64,000 nucleotides of DNA from NCBI GenBank assembly GCA_965217585.1, contig OZ244561.1, positions 2,592,001-2,656,000 on the forward strand. Reading direction: 5' to 3'. Numbering within the stretch: the stretch's first letter is position 1; each line of letters begins with the position of its first letter. Origin of the DNA: Candidatus Latescibacterota bacterium. Its GTDB lineage: Bacteria; Latescibacterota; UBA2968; UBA8231. The position numbers and the translations under genes are program-made. The notes under the pieces were generated by a model. It saw only the letters and a program-made list of their open reading frames with translations. It was not told the origin of the DNA and ran no database searches. This document shows positions 1 to 9,510 of the stretch, piece by piece.

Positions 1-714
1 CACGAACGTATACGGCTCGTTCCACACAACCAGGCTGACATAGCGGCCGTGCGTCCGCAACCGGTCCGTCCAGTACCGATAGGTCCCGTACTGGGCAGCG
101 CGCTGCTCGTTGAGATCGCGGAGGATTCTCGCGCGCAGTTCGGGGGTGACCTCCTTTCCCGGGTACCGGTCCCGGTGGCGGTCGAAATGGTCATATATCT
201 CCGCATCGTTGAAGCGCATGCCTTCCCGGGCCCACATGGCATCGCTCGCCTTCGTCGGTATGAGCGGACCGTGTTGTTCTGCGCTCAACTGCACCAAGTC
301 CCCGATTTCATGGAATTCCCTGTCTTCACCCGCCACGAGGATGCGGATCGTCAGCGGCCACCTCACGTCCGCAAAACCCGCCGCCGTGTGGAACGACACC
401 CCTCGTATCGGTTTCACCGCACCCAAGTCCAGCGTCAGGATCGAGGGCTTCTTGTCCTGCCAGCCCACGGTCGACAGCTGCGCCCAGAAATAGCCCTCCG
501 TGTAGACCCCATCCGTCAGTTGCTCGTGATCACCGGGGTCCGAGCAAAGCCCGTAATTCGGCCCCGGCTCTATCGTGTAGGTCGCCCCCAGCGCGATGTT
601 CTCGTTCGGACGGTCCGTCGGAATTGTCCCGGGTGCATTTGGCACCACCGCTGTGTCTTGAGCCCACGCCAGTGCCACCATCAACAACGCCACCGCTGCC
701 AAAGTCCATTTCAT
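1..714 (-). CDS. Secreted protein with a discoidin/F5-8-type (galactose-binding-like) N-terminal domain; runs off the window edge
   Basis: Not in the ORF track. Manual translation MKWTLAAVALLMVALAWAQD...NIALGATYT...QLTDGVY...TVGW...LTLDLGAVKPIRGV is open to base 1, with a signal peptide and GAGGG RBS. Confidence 0.7.
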   Translation of the reverse strand, partial: MKWTLAAVALLMVALAWAQDTAVVPNAPGTIPTDRPNENIALGATYTIEPGPNYGLCSDPGDHEQLTDGVYTEGYFWAQLSTVGWQDKKPSILTLDLGAVKPIRGVSFHTAAGFADVRWPLTIRILVAGEDREFHEIGDLVQLSAEQHGPLIPTKASDAMWAREGMRFNDAEIYDHFDRHRDRYPGKEVTPELRARILRDLNEQRAAQYGTYRYWTDRLRTHGRYVSLVVWNEPYTFV

Positions 715-727
715 CGCTTGTCCCTCG

Positions 728-1784
728 CTATCCGATGAGTACTTCTTCCTCGAGATTCTGACCGGCCAAAAAACCAGGCTGGAAGGGGGTGTTGATTCGC
801 TCGCGTTCTGCCACCTCATCCAGCGCCTGGAGCAACTCGGCCGGCTCTCCTTGCCATTCCGGTCGCCTGACCATCAAGCCCATAATGGCGGCGGCCACCG
901 GATGCCCTTCTAGCACCTCGGCATTTTGGGTCCGCCGGTTGCCTTCGTAAGCATTGAGAAAGTCCACTTCGTTGTAGCCCAGTGCTCGGGCAATGGCACA
1001 GCCCCAGCAAGCAAAGGATCGAACGATCCAGCAAATCCGCCCGGGTCGCCACGATATTGATGCCATTCAACCCCAAGCACCGTTGGAAGTGGTAAATCTG
1101 ATCCTCGTCGTCGGTGTAGAGAGCACGCTTGCTAAACCCCTCCCCTGTCACCGCTCGACAGAGCGCATCCGAAAGCCACAACGGCAACGTAGTTGCGCTA
1201 TCGAACAGTGGGGCCCAGTGATGGGAGAGTTTCTGCACCAGTCCGAAAGATGATCGGGCCAGGTGAGGGCCCCAGTCGTCGCGGTAATGGCAGGGATGCC
1301 GTAAGAAATACAGGCCAGCGCGTCGAGTTCACCCTCGACCAAGACCACGACATCATGTTCAAGCTGATCGATAGGAAAGAGTCGGGCCCCGCCGTAGCCT
1401 TGGGTCCAATGCAGCATTTTCGCGGTCCCCTGCCGCCGCTTTTCGATCGGGAGCCAACGACGGACGTCGCGATAGACGCCCTTGGCATCGGCGACCGGGA
1501 TGGGAACTCGATCCCCACCGCCCTGCTCATCCATCCCCAGACAGTAGCGATCTATAACCTCATCCGACAGCATCCGCTGTTCGCGCAGGTAGGCCGGTGC
1601 TCGGAGGTGAGGGCGGCATGCATCTGTTCGACCATCGACCCGGCGATGGGTGCCGGCTTGGATTGCGGGCAGGGCGGCCTAGACGGCAGCTGTCGTTTAG
1701 AAGTCCCGGAGCTAGATCAGTTCGCGCAAGCCAATAAATACTCTTTTTACTCTGCGCGGTAGAGTCCCTCCCAAAAATCCCCAC
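728..1784 (-). pseudogene. Fragmented phage/plasmid-type TOPRIM primase-helicase
   Basis: Overlapping frameshifted pieces: VVLVEGELDALAC..IPAIT (TOPRIM, 1148-1573), LSDALCRAVTGEGFSKRALYTD..LNGIN..DLLDRSI (helicase-like, 816-1238), and a C-terminal WQGEPAELL piece (728-1066). Confidence 0.7.
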
Positions 1785-1879
1785 TCCTCGTTAAAACGTT
1801 TCTTGCTGCCTTGAACATCGTCTTCGTTGAAGGCGATCTCATTTTCTTGAGCCCATTGCTTAAATGGGAAATTTGTCAT
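1712..1879 (-). CDS. Small hypothetical ORF (55 aa), possibly a truncated foreign gene
   Basis: MTNFPFKQWAQENEIAF...GLRELI*, preceded by GAGAGGA RBS, in low-GC DNA. Confidence 0.35.
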   Translation of the reverse strand: MTNFPFKQWAQENEIAFNEDDVQGSKKRFNEEWGFLGGTLPRRVKRVFIGLRELI

Positions 1880-2097
1880 ACTTAGTTCCTCTCAAATTTC
1901 CTTATCAGATCAATCGAACAGTTGTATACCCAATTTACTTGAACCACTTTAAACGTAATTTAACAAAGTAGGAAACCAATTCTATGGAGAATAGAATGGA
2001 GAGTCTGCTTTTCGAAGGGAAATCTCAAAACAAAAAAGGCTGCTCCAAAACAATAAACCAATCGGCGCAACCTCTTTTTTTACAGCTATTTAAAATC

Positions 2098-2196
2098 TGG
2101 CGGGAACGTGTGGGAATCGAACCCACCCAGCGCAACTTTCGCTACGCCGCAACGGATTTGAAGTCCGCGACAGCCACCAGGCACGCATCCGCTCCC
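2098..2196 (-). tRNA. selC: tRNA-Sec (UCA)
   Basis: Reverse complement GGGAGCGG...GCGGA-CTTCAAA-TCCGT, long variable arm, GTGGG-TTCGATT-CCCAC, ending GCCA. Confidence 0.95.
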
Positions 2197-2265
2197 GCAA
2201 TATTCTCGTCTGAGTACGCAGAAATATAGGATGACTTCCCAGTAACACCAACAAGATCTACGGTA

Positions 2266-3195
2266 CTACTTTTTTCGCGCTGCTTCGGCCCGCGCCTCGC
2301 GCTCGGCCCGCTCGGCCGCCTTGCGCTCGGCCACCTCGGCCTCCGTCGGCAAGCGGCGCGCAGGCATCTCTGGATACGCGAGAGGCAGCTCCCAGCGCAG
2401 GGTTCGCAAGGGGACATCGCCCAAATTCTCGATCTGCAGCTCAAGATAGTCGTCGTCGCGCCGGACAATAGGCGTCTTTTCGTCTGTCCTGCGATTGGGG
2501 AAGAAGACTCGGTAGTAGGTCTTGCCGTCGAGCACTTCTCCTTCGGGCCGGTCGCTCTTGTAAGGATAGGAACCAAACGTCCCGCTGGGCTGGAAGCGCG
2601 TACCTCGCTGATTGACCAAGAAGGTGCGCGCACCAATATCGGCAATATATGGCTTGAGCTGGGACTCTCCGCTCGACAGATAAACGGTAAAGACTAGGCG
2701 ACTGTAGAGAGTCAAGCCCCAACGGTCGTCGTACTGGTCGCGCAGGATGGGAAACTTGGGGTCGTAGATGGCATTGACGGCTCGGCGGATGTATTCGGCC
2801 CTCCAGATGTTAAAGGCGCGTCTTTGCAGGGGATTGCGCGCGTCGAAGGACGGATTTACGTAGATCAGATACTGCAAGTAGAGGCTGTTGATGTCCGTGC
2901 CGTCTTCGGCCGGATAGGTGCCATCGACGTAGGAGTAGAGTAGCTGCTTGATGCGAAATTCGAGCTGCTCCTGCCCCAAGTCCTCGCGCTCAGCACGCGC
3001 GTAGGCGCGGGCGATCTCATAGGCGAAGGTGTGCAAGGCCGCCTGCACCAAGACGCCGTCAGCACCCCGGTGGCTTCTGTTTACGGTGCGCCATACTTCC
3101 TGCCCAACGCGCGCGAAGGGGCCTTCCGAATGTTCCGGGCCGCAGCCGGTGGCCGCTGCACACATCCAGCAAAGGAACAAGACCCTGCTTGGCAT
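2266..3195 (-). CDS. Hypothetical lipoprotein
   Basis: 309-aa ORF with RBS, lipobox-like ATGC and a charged coiled-coil tail; directly downstream of rplI. Confidence 0.7.
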   Translation of the reverse strand: MPSRVLFLCWMCAAATGCGPEHSEGPFARVGQEVWRTVNRSHRGADGVLVQAALHTFAYEIARAYARAEREDLGQEQLEFRIKQLLYSYVDGTYPAEDGTDINSLYLQYLIYVNPSFDARNPLQRRAFNIWRAEYIRRAVNAIYDPKFPILRDQYDDRWGLTLYSRLVFTVYLSSGESQLKPYIADIGARTFLVNQRGTRFQPSGTFGSYPYKSDRPEGEVLDGKTYYRVFFPNRRTDEKTPIVRRDDDYLELQIENLGDVPLRTLRWELPLAYPEMPARRLPTEAEVAERKAAERAEREARAEAARKK

Positions 3196-3235
3196 GAATT
3201 ACCTCCGTTGAGGAGGGAGAGTGCCTAGCGTCGCG

Positions 3236-3679
3236 CTATTCCTTGACGACCCAGAGCTTGACCGCTGCTGCTACCTCCGGGTGGAGGCGCATTTCGACAT
3301 TGTAAACACCCAATTCGCGTATGGGATCTTCGAGAAGGATGGCACGGCGATCTATCTCATAGCCCTTTTCATCGAGCAATTCGGCGATATTCTGGGCGGT
3401 TACCGAACCGAAGAGGCGATCCTCCTCGCCGACCTTGACCTGCGCGGTGACAGACTCCGTCTCCAGCTTCTTGGCGAGGGTCTCGGCGGCGCGGCGGTCG
3501 CGCTCGGCTAGGGTCTCTTGCTGTTTGCGCCTAGACTCGAACTGGGCCATGTTGGCGGTGGTGGCGACCAATGCCTCGTTGCGAGGGATCAAGAAGTTGC
3601 GACCATACCCGTTCTTTATTTCCACGACCTCGCCGGCCGAACCCAAGGCTTCAATGTCCTTTAACAGAATTACTTTCAC
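3236..3679 (-). CDS. rplI: 50S ribosomal protein L9
   Basis: MKVILLKDIEALG...GYGRNFLIP...LFGSVT. Confidence 0.98.
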   Translation of the reverse strand: MKVILLKDIEALGSAGEVVEIKNGYGRNFLIPRNEALVATTANMAQFESRRKQQETLAERDRRAAETLAKKLETESVTAQVKVGEEDRLFGSVTAQNIAELLDEKGYEIDRRAILLEDPIRELGVYNVEMRLHPEVAAAVKLWVVKE

Positions 3680-3713
3680 GACTTGTCCTCCACTTCATAG
3701 AAATGTTTGGGCC

Positions 3714-4526
3714 TTACGCTTCTTCCTCTGTGGGGGCTGGGCGCAGCCGACGCCAATCGAACCAAGTATCCAAAAGCCCCAATCCTGCTAGGAGCAGAAA
3801 CGCCAACCCTGCGACAAAAAAAAGCCCTACGTAAAAAAATAGCTCAACCAAAATCGGCACCCTTTGGCGCTGGGCGAAAAAGCGCAGCACGGCCAATCCT
3901 TGAACCCCGTAGATAATCCCCATCAACACGACCAGATTGAGGCCCAAATCGGCCAACAACCCATCGCTCAAAAGACTTAGGCCCAAGGCCGCGATCAATA
4001 CCCAGATCAGCTCTTCCCAAGGCCGCCACAAGGACAGAGGCAGGGGAGCGGGGAGCGATAGCCCCAGCCATGAGGCCAAGCCCTGGCTCAACCGATATGC
4101 TACGACAAAAGTCAAGAGCAGGGTCGCCATCTCGATGGCCGGCTGCACCCGCAGGACCGCGTCGATCATCGCGCTTAGCGTCTGGCCGCCTTCCTCAACG
4201 GCCATCCCCAAGGCTTGGAACTGCTCCAAGACAGCGGCGGCTTGCTCTTGGCGATGTATGCCATCGCGCGCCTGAATGAGCTGCCAGAGACACAAGCCCG
4301 CCGCTGGCGTGCAGGCCATGGCCATGACGCGACCATAGGTCTGCTGACGCTCTATTTGCAAAACGGCGAGCAACCCCATAATGGGCACTAGTCCCAGCGT
4401 GGCACCTAGCAGCACGGCGGTGCCCAAGCAAAGTAGGCCGATCAAGGGCAGGGCACCACGCGAGCCGTAGCGCAAGCTGGCCAAAAGCGAAACGACCGCC
4501 AGCGCTATGCCCAGCAGAATCAGCAT
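3714..4526 (-). CDS. DUF2232/YybS-family membrane protein
   Basis: Multi-pass membrane protein with QGLAV and LGLLDTWFDWRR motifs, in the usual position upstream of rplI. Confidence 0.85.
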   Translation of the reverse strand: MLILLGIALAVVSLLASLRYGSRGALPLIGLLCLGTAVLLGATLGLVPIMGLLAVLQIERQQTYGRVMAMACTPAAGLCLWQLIQARDGIHRQEQAAAVLEQFQALGMAVEEGGQTLSAMIDAVLRVQPAIEMATLLLTFVVAYRLSQGLASWLGLSLPAPLPLSLWRPWEELIWVLIAALGLSLLSDGLLADLGLNLVVLMGIIYGVQGLAVLRFFAQRQRVPILVELFFYVGLFFVAGLAFLLLAGLGLLDTWFDWRRLRPAPTEEEA

Positions 4527-4541
4527 CGGCGCATGCCGATT

Positions 4542-5057
4542 CTAAGAGTCGTCGGACTCTTGGACGACGGCCTCTTGTGGTGCAGCATCTACCGCCTCAT
4601 TAGGTTTCTCGTCTTCAGAGGCCGTATTGCGGACTCCATCGCGGTCCCTCGGGCCGCGGGAGTCGCGGTGCGGGCCGCCTCGGTCCCTCGGGCCGCGGGC
4701 CGGTCGGGCAAAGGCTTCTTCAAGGAAATTGTCGGCGGCTAGCTGGGGCACGTGGATAAACTCGCCTTCGACAGCGGTGATGAGATAGCGCAGCACCGCT
4801 TCGTCGAGCTTGAGCGTCTGCTCCAGCCCTTCGATCGCCGTCGGCTCGGCGGAAAACTGATAGAGCACGTAGTAGCCTTGGTGCCGATTCTTCAGGCTAG
4901 CCGAGGTATAGGCCAGACGCCGCAGGCCCCAATTGTCGATCCGGGCGACTTGCCCGCCGTTTTCCTCGAGCTGTGCCTCGTATTTTTCGACGACTTGCTC
5001 ATATTGGCCCTCGCCGACTTGGGGATCCAAGATACATACGAGTTCGTAGTTTCTCAT
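4542..5057 (-). CDS. rpsF: 30S ribosomal protein S6 with a long charged C-terminal tail
   Basis: MRNYELVCILDP...WGLRRLAY...GYYVL...VLRYL. Confidence 0.95.
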   Translation of the reverse strand: MRNYELVCILDPQVGEGQYEQVVEKYEAQLEENGGQVARIDNWGLRRLAYTSASLKNRHQGYYVLYQFSAEPTAIEGLEQTLKLDEAVLRYLITAVEGEFIHVPQLAADNFLEEAFARPARGPRDRGGPHRDSRGPRDRDGVRNTASEDEKPNEAVDAAPQEAVVQESDDS

Positions 5058-5096
5058 TGTATTGCGCTTTCTTGGTTCTAGTCTGAGGGATGTGCC

Positions 5097-7154
5097 TCAG
5101 ACGGCGAAAAGCGGTGCCAGGACAAGAGATATCACCGACATCAGCTTGATGAGTATGTTCAGAGACGGCCCCGAGGTGTCCTTGAATGGGTCGCCGACCG
5201 TATCGCCGACGACAGCGGCTTTGTGGGGGTCAGAGCCCTTGCCCCCCAAGTTGCCCTCTTCGATCCACTTTTTGGCGTTGTCCCAAGCGCCGCCGCTATT
5301 GGCCATCATCAGCGCCAGCAGTACGCCGCTGACCGTCGCCCCGGCGAGCATCCCGCCTAAGGCGACGGGACCGAGACCGAAACCAACAGCGACCGGAGCC
5401 AACACCGCCAAAAGGCCCGGTAGAATCATCTCGCGCAGCGCCGCCGTCGTGCTGATCTCCACGCAGCGCCGGGTATCGGGCTTGGCCTTGCCCTCCATCA
5501 GCCCTTCAATCCCGCGGAACTGACGCCGGACTTCTTCGACCATCTCGAAGGCGGCCTTGCCGACCGACGTCATGGTGATGGAAGCAGCCAAATAAGGAAT
5601 GAGCGCACCTATGAAAAGCCCACCGACTACGATCGGCGTAGTCACGTCAATGACCACCGGCTCACCCGTTTCGGCTTCAATGGCCGAAGTATACGCCGAG
5701 AAAAGCGCCAATGCCGTCAACGCCGCCGAACCAATGGCAAACCCCTTACCCATGGCGGCGGTAGTGTTGCCGAGTGAGTCGAGACCATCGGTGATCTTGC
5801 GAGTGTCTTCGCCCAAGCCCGCCATTTCGGTAATGCCGCCGGCGTTGTCGGCTATGGGACCATAGGCGTCGACCGACATGGTGATACCCACTGTGGCCAG
5901 CATACCGACGGCGGCGATGCCAATCCCAAAAAGCCCGGCAAAGTGGAAGGCCAAGCCAATGGCGGCGACGATCCCCAAGGTCGGCAGGGCGACGCTTTCC
6001 ATGCCCACGGCCAGACCTGAGATGATATTGGTCGCCGAGCCGGTCTTAGACGCTTCGGCGATGGTGCGAATGGGTTTGCCACCTGTGTAGTACTCGGTGA
6101 GAAGGCCGATGACAATTCCGGCCAAACAGCCCGCGCACAGTGCCCACACCGGCTGATTGGACAGGCCGATCGCCCCGGCGGCCCACCAAGCCCCTAAAAG
6201 CATCAGCGCAGCAGAGACCCACGTCGAATACCGCAGTGCAGCACTCGGGTCGGCATTCTGCAAGACCCGCACCATCAACACGCCCAAGAGCGAGGCAACC
6301 ATGCCGACCGTGATGACGATCAGCGGAAAGCTCATAGACGCGAGCCTAGCTTGGTTTGGATCGGAGACGCCGGGGGCTAAGACACCGATCATGGAAGCGG
6401 ACGCTGTCGCGGCAATGGCAATGGTGGCAATGACCGAGCCGACATACGATTCAAAAATGTCGGCCCCCATACCAGCCACGTCGCCGACATTGTCGCCGAC
6501 ATTGTCGGCGATGCTAGCGGGGTTGCGCGGATCGTCTTCGGGGATGCCGGCCTCGACTTTGCCGACTAGGTCGGCACCGACATCGGCGGCCTTAGTGAAG
6601 ATCCCGCCGCCAATACGCGCGAAGAGAGCGATCGAAGAGGCTCCCATGGCAAAGCCGTTAATGGTAGCGGCCTCGCTCAAATTGCTCCAGACGTCAAAGG
6701 CACTCGCCAGCGCCCCAACGCCGAAAAGCCCCAAGCCAGCGACCGCGAGCCCCATCACTGCGCCTCCCGAAAAGGCAATATTCAACGCTGGCCCTTGGCC
6801 GTGCTGATTGGCGGCTTGGGCGGTACGCACGTTGGCGTGACAGGCGGCCTTCATGCCAGTATAGCCGGCCAAGATCGAACAAACGGCACCTGACAGAAAC
6901 GCGTACGCCGTATTGGCACTGATAAAAGCGAACAGCAAGACAAAGACAATGGAGATAAAGCCGGCGAGGATGGTGTATTCGCGTTTGAGAAAGGCCATGG
7001 CCCCTTCGTGGATGGCCTCGGAGATCTCTACCATTTTTGGGCTGCCGGTCGGCGACTTTTTGATATACAAGTACAGCAAGAGCGAACAGACCATGCCGCC
7101 CAAGCCCACAAATGGTGCTGCTGTTATCCAGCTTTTCCAGATTTCCATGTACAC
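5097..7154 (-). CDS. hppA: Membrane-bound pyrophosphatase, K+-dependent type (probably Na+-translocating)
   Basis: [35 protein letters not shown] (Ala determinant of K+ dependence), [14 protein letters not shown]. Confidence 0.95.
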   Translation of the reverse strand: MYMEIWKSWITAAPFVGLGGMVCSLLLYLYIKKSPTGSPKMVEISEAIHEGAMAFLKREYTILAGFISIVFVLLFAFISANTAYAFLSGAVCSILAGYTGMKAACHANVRTAQAANQHGQGPALNIAFSGGAVMGLAVAGLGLFGVGALASAFDVWSNLSEAATINGFAMGASSIALFARIGGGIFTKAADVGADLVGKVEAGIPEDDPRNPASIADNVGDNVGDVAGMGADIFESYVGSVIATIAIAATASASMIGVLAPGVSDPNQARLASMSFPLIVITVGMVASLLGVLMVRVLQNADPSAALRYSTWVSAALMLLGAWWAAGAIGLSNQPVWALCAGCLAGIVIGLLTEYYTGGKPIRTIAEASKTGSATNIISGLAVGMESVALPTLGIVAAIGLAFHFAGLFGIGIAAVGMLATVGITMSVDAYGPIADNAGGITEMAGLGEDTRKITDGLDSLGNTTAAMGKGFAIGSAALTALALFSAYTSAIEAETGEPVVIDVTTPIVVGGLFIGALIPYLAASITMTSVGKAAFEMVEEVRRQFRGIEGLMEGKAKPDTRRCVEISTTAALREMILPGLLAVLAPVAVGFGLGPVALGGMLAGATVSGVLLALMMANSGGAWDNAKKWIEEGNLGGKGSDPHKAAVVGDTVGDPFKDTSGPSLNILIKLMSVISLVLAPLFAV

Positions 7155-7181
7155 CTTGTCCTCCCTCGGCTACTTTACTTT

Positions 7182-7739
7182 TTAACCGTTAAACCTGTTC
7201 ATGGCCGCCTCAATGCCTTCGGCGTAGTACACTTCAAGCGCCGCATTCCCGCGCTCGATCAAATTTTCTACCTCGTCTTCTGGGGAAAACGGATCCAGTA
7301 CGTAGTTGATAATGTCCGCGCCTACGGGCGGGATGCCGATTCCTAGGCGCAGGCGCGGTACAGCCTCCGTGTCGAGCGCTTCGAGTACCGAAGCCAAACC
7401 GTTGTGCCCGCCATCACTCCCTCCACGGCGAAAGCGCAAGCGTCCGAAGTCGAAGAGGACGTCGTCGAAGATGACCAGTACGTCCTCGGGAAACACCTCC
7501 CATTGGGCGCAAAGGGCCGCTGCGGTCCGGCCGCTACGATTCATATAGGTCTGGGGCTTGGCCAAGAGTACTTCCTGGCCGCCCAGTACTACTCGGACAA
7601 CTTGGCCCTGTACATCCGCTTGATGCTGCCAGTCAACACCACAGCGGGCCGCTAGGTGATCTACCACCATAAAGCCTATGTTGTGCCGTGTCGACGCGTA
7701 GCGCGCACCGGGATTACCCAGCCCTAGGGCGATCTGCAA
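7182..7739 (-). CDS. pth: Peptidyl-tRNA hydrolase
   Basis: GLGNPG..Y..TRHNIGF, KPQTYMNRSG, GGHNGL. Confidence 0.97.
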   Translation of the reverse strand: MQIALGLGNPGARYASTRHNIGFMVVDHLAARCGVDWQHQADVQGQVVRVVLGGQEVLLAKPQTYMNRSGRTAAALCAQWEVFPEDVLVIFDDVLFDFGRLRFRRGGSDGGHNGLASVLEALDTEAVPRLRLGIGIPPVGADIINYVLDPFSPEDEVENLIERGNAALEVYYAEGIEAAMNRFNG

Positions 7740-7741
7740 GG

Positions 7742-8434
7742 CTACTCTTCGCCGCCCTCTTCGCCTTCGGCGGCGCCTTCTTCGCCCTCTTCGCCCTCCT
7801 CAGCCTCTTCGCCCTCCTCAGCCTCTTCGTCCTCAGTGATCAAGCGCGGCGCCAGCACATTGACAATCGTGCGCACCGGCTCGCTGGTGATACGCGGCTC
7901 TTGTTCGAGGAGGTCGCTCACATGCAGGCTATCGCCGATGACCAGCGAAGAGATGTCGATTACCATCGCGGAGGGCATTTCCGAGACGACGCATTCCATT
8001 TCGATTGAGGTCAGCGTCTGCTGCAAGGCCCCACCCTCGTTGCGGACCCCTTCGGACACTCCTTCAGTCAGGAGCGGGACATTGGCGCGCAGCGTCTCGC
8101 TCGGATCAATGCGCAAGAGGTCTAAGTGCAGCACATCGCCGCGGACCTTGTGGTATTGGATGTCGCGGATCAAGGTCTGCTCGGAGGCTTTGTCGGGCTC
8201 TTCGTGCTCAACCAAGATGATCGCGTTTTGCCCGCCCTTGCTCAGGATGTACTCCAGGTCATGGGCATCCGTCTTGAAGGACTCAGAGGGCTGATTATGG
8301 CCGTAGATCACCCCGGGCAACTGGCCCTGTAGGCGACGCATTTGGCCCACGGGGCCCTTGCCCTGCTCCCGGCGGGACTGGACTTTGAGCGCGACCTGTT
8401 CGCGCGCTTGGATCTGTAGTGGAACTTGCGGCAT
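7742..8434 (-). CDS. rplY: 50S ribosomal protein L25/Ctc
   Basis: LPGVIYG, RDIQYH..HLD, GVRNEGG, acidic tail. Confidence 0.95.
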   Translation of the reverse strand: MPQVPLQIQAREQVALKVQSRREQGKGPVGQMRRLQGQLPGVIYGHNQPSESFKTDAHDLEYILSKGGQNAIILVEHEEPDKASEQTLIRDIQYHKVRGDVLHLDLLRIDPSETLRANVPLLTEGVSEGVRNEGGALQQTLTSIEMECVVSEMPSAMVIDISSLVIGDSLHVSDLLEQEPRITSEPVRTIVNVLAPRLITEDEEAEEGEEAEEGEEGEEGAAEGEEGGEE

Positions 8435-8478
8435 CAGGACATCTCCTCAAAAAACTCAGTCAAATATCAATGGCATAA

Positions 8479-8553
8479 TGGCAGCCCGGCGAGGACTCGA
8501 ACCTCGATAAACGGAACCAAAATCCGTTGTCCTACCAGTTGAACGACCGGGCT
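8479..8553 (-). tRNA. tRNA-Gln (UUG)
   Basis: AGCCCGG/CCGGGCT acceptor, ACGGA-TTTTGGT-TCCGT anticodon arm, CGAGG-TTCGAGT-CCTCG, GCCA end. Confidence 0.95.
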
Positions 8554-8583
8554 ACCTATCTCTATGCCTCGTACTACCTTGAG

Positions 8584-9441
8584 CTAGACCGGCTGACATA
8601 AAAAAGACCGGCAACCTTGCCTTTGCAGTGCGCTCTGCGCCTGAGAGGCCGTCTTCCGGTCGTCGAAGATACCGTAAACAGTGGAGCCGCTGCCCGACAT
8701 TGACGTGGCGCGAGCACCAACTCGGTCCAGTTGAGAACGAAGTTCTGCGACGATGGGATAGGTGCGATCTACCGCGGTCGTGAAGTCGTTTTCCAGCACT
8801 TCAAATAACCTGTCGTGGTCAACGCACCCGCCGCTCAGGGAAACAACAAAGCTAAAATAGGGAGTGTTTTCTGTCAAGATGGAGCCAAGTTGGTTATAAG
8901 CCCACGCCGTGCCGACTTCGATCTCGGGGTACGCCAGCACGTAAAAGACCGCGCCCTCCCAGCTCAGATCTTCGAGTATCTCGCCTCGGCCTCTCAGTAG
9001 AGCGGTGCCGCCTTCCACTAGGAAGGGAATGTCCGAGCCAAGGGTGGCGGCGATCTGACGGAGATCTGCGTTCGAGAATGGCTGGTCATAGAAGCGATTG
9101 AGTGCTCGCAGGGCCGCTGCCGCGTCGGCACTGCCCCCGCCTAGGCCTGCGCCTATGGGTATGTTCTTTTTTAGGTGGATGTGGAACGACTGAGCCGGGC
9201 GGTCGAGCCGAGTGTGAAAGGCATCAACTGCGCGGCACACCAAATTGTTCGGCCCCGTCAATAGACTATCGAGGTTACAGGTCAACTGGTCGGAGGAAGC
9301 TGATTCAAAGTACAAGACGTCCACTAAATCCACGCATTGGGCCACGCTGAGGATCTCGTGGTAGCCATCAGGGCGGCAGCCGAGAACCTTAAGCCCTAAG
9401 TTTATTTTTGCATATGCTTTTTCGACCAGCAGACCCTCCAT
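8584..9441 (-). CDS. ispE: 4-diphosphocytidyl-2-C-methyl-D-erythritol kinase
   Basis: AKINLGL, KNIPIGAGLGGGSADAA, LGSDIPF, MSGSGST; start placed at the second Met. Confidence 0.96.
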   Translation of the reverse strand: MEGLLVEKAYAKINLGLKVLGCRPDGYHEILSVAQCVDLVDVLYFESASSDQLTCNLDSLLTGPNNLVCRAVDAFHTRLDRPAQSFHIHLKKNIPIGAGLGGGSADAAAALRALNRFYDQPFSNADLRQIAATLGSDIPFLVEGGTALLRGRGEILEDLSWEGAVFYVLAYPEIEVGTAWAYNQLGSILTENTPYFSFVVSLSGGCVDHDRLFEVLENDFTTAVDRTYPIVAELRSQLDRVGARATSMSGSGSTVYGIFDDRKTASQAQSALQRQGCRSFLCQPV

Positions 9442-9510
9442 AGCTACATACCTTGACCGCATTTTACTATACAATATTATATATTAGTTAAGTGTCAGAT
9501 TGGCATACTC

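Noticed and set aside
49-738. 229-aa plus-strand ORF
   Set aside because: Antisense shadow of the minus-strand gene at 1-714, which has an RBS, signal peptide and recognisable motifs.
1984-2229. 81-aa ORF
   Set aside because: Antisense to tRNA-Sec; WRERVGIEPT is a translated tRNA T-arm.
6470-6515. Repeated ACATTGTCG in hppA
   Set aside because: Encodes the conserved DNVGDNVGD catalytic motif.
7745-7840. EEGEEAEE repeats in rplY
   Set aside because: Ordinary acidic low-complexity tail of L25/Ctc.
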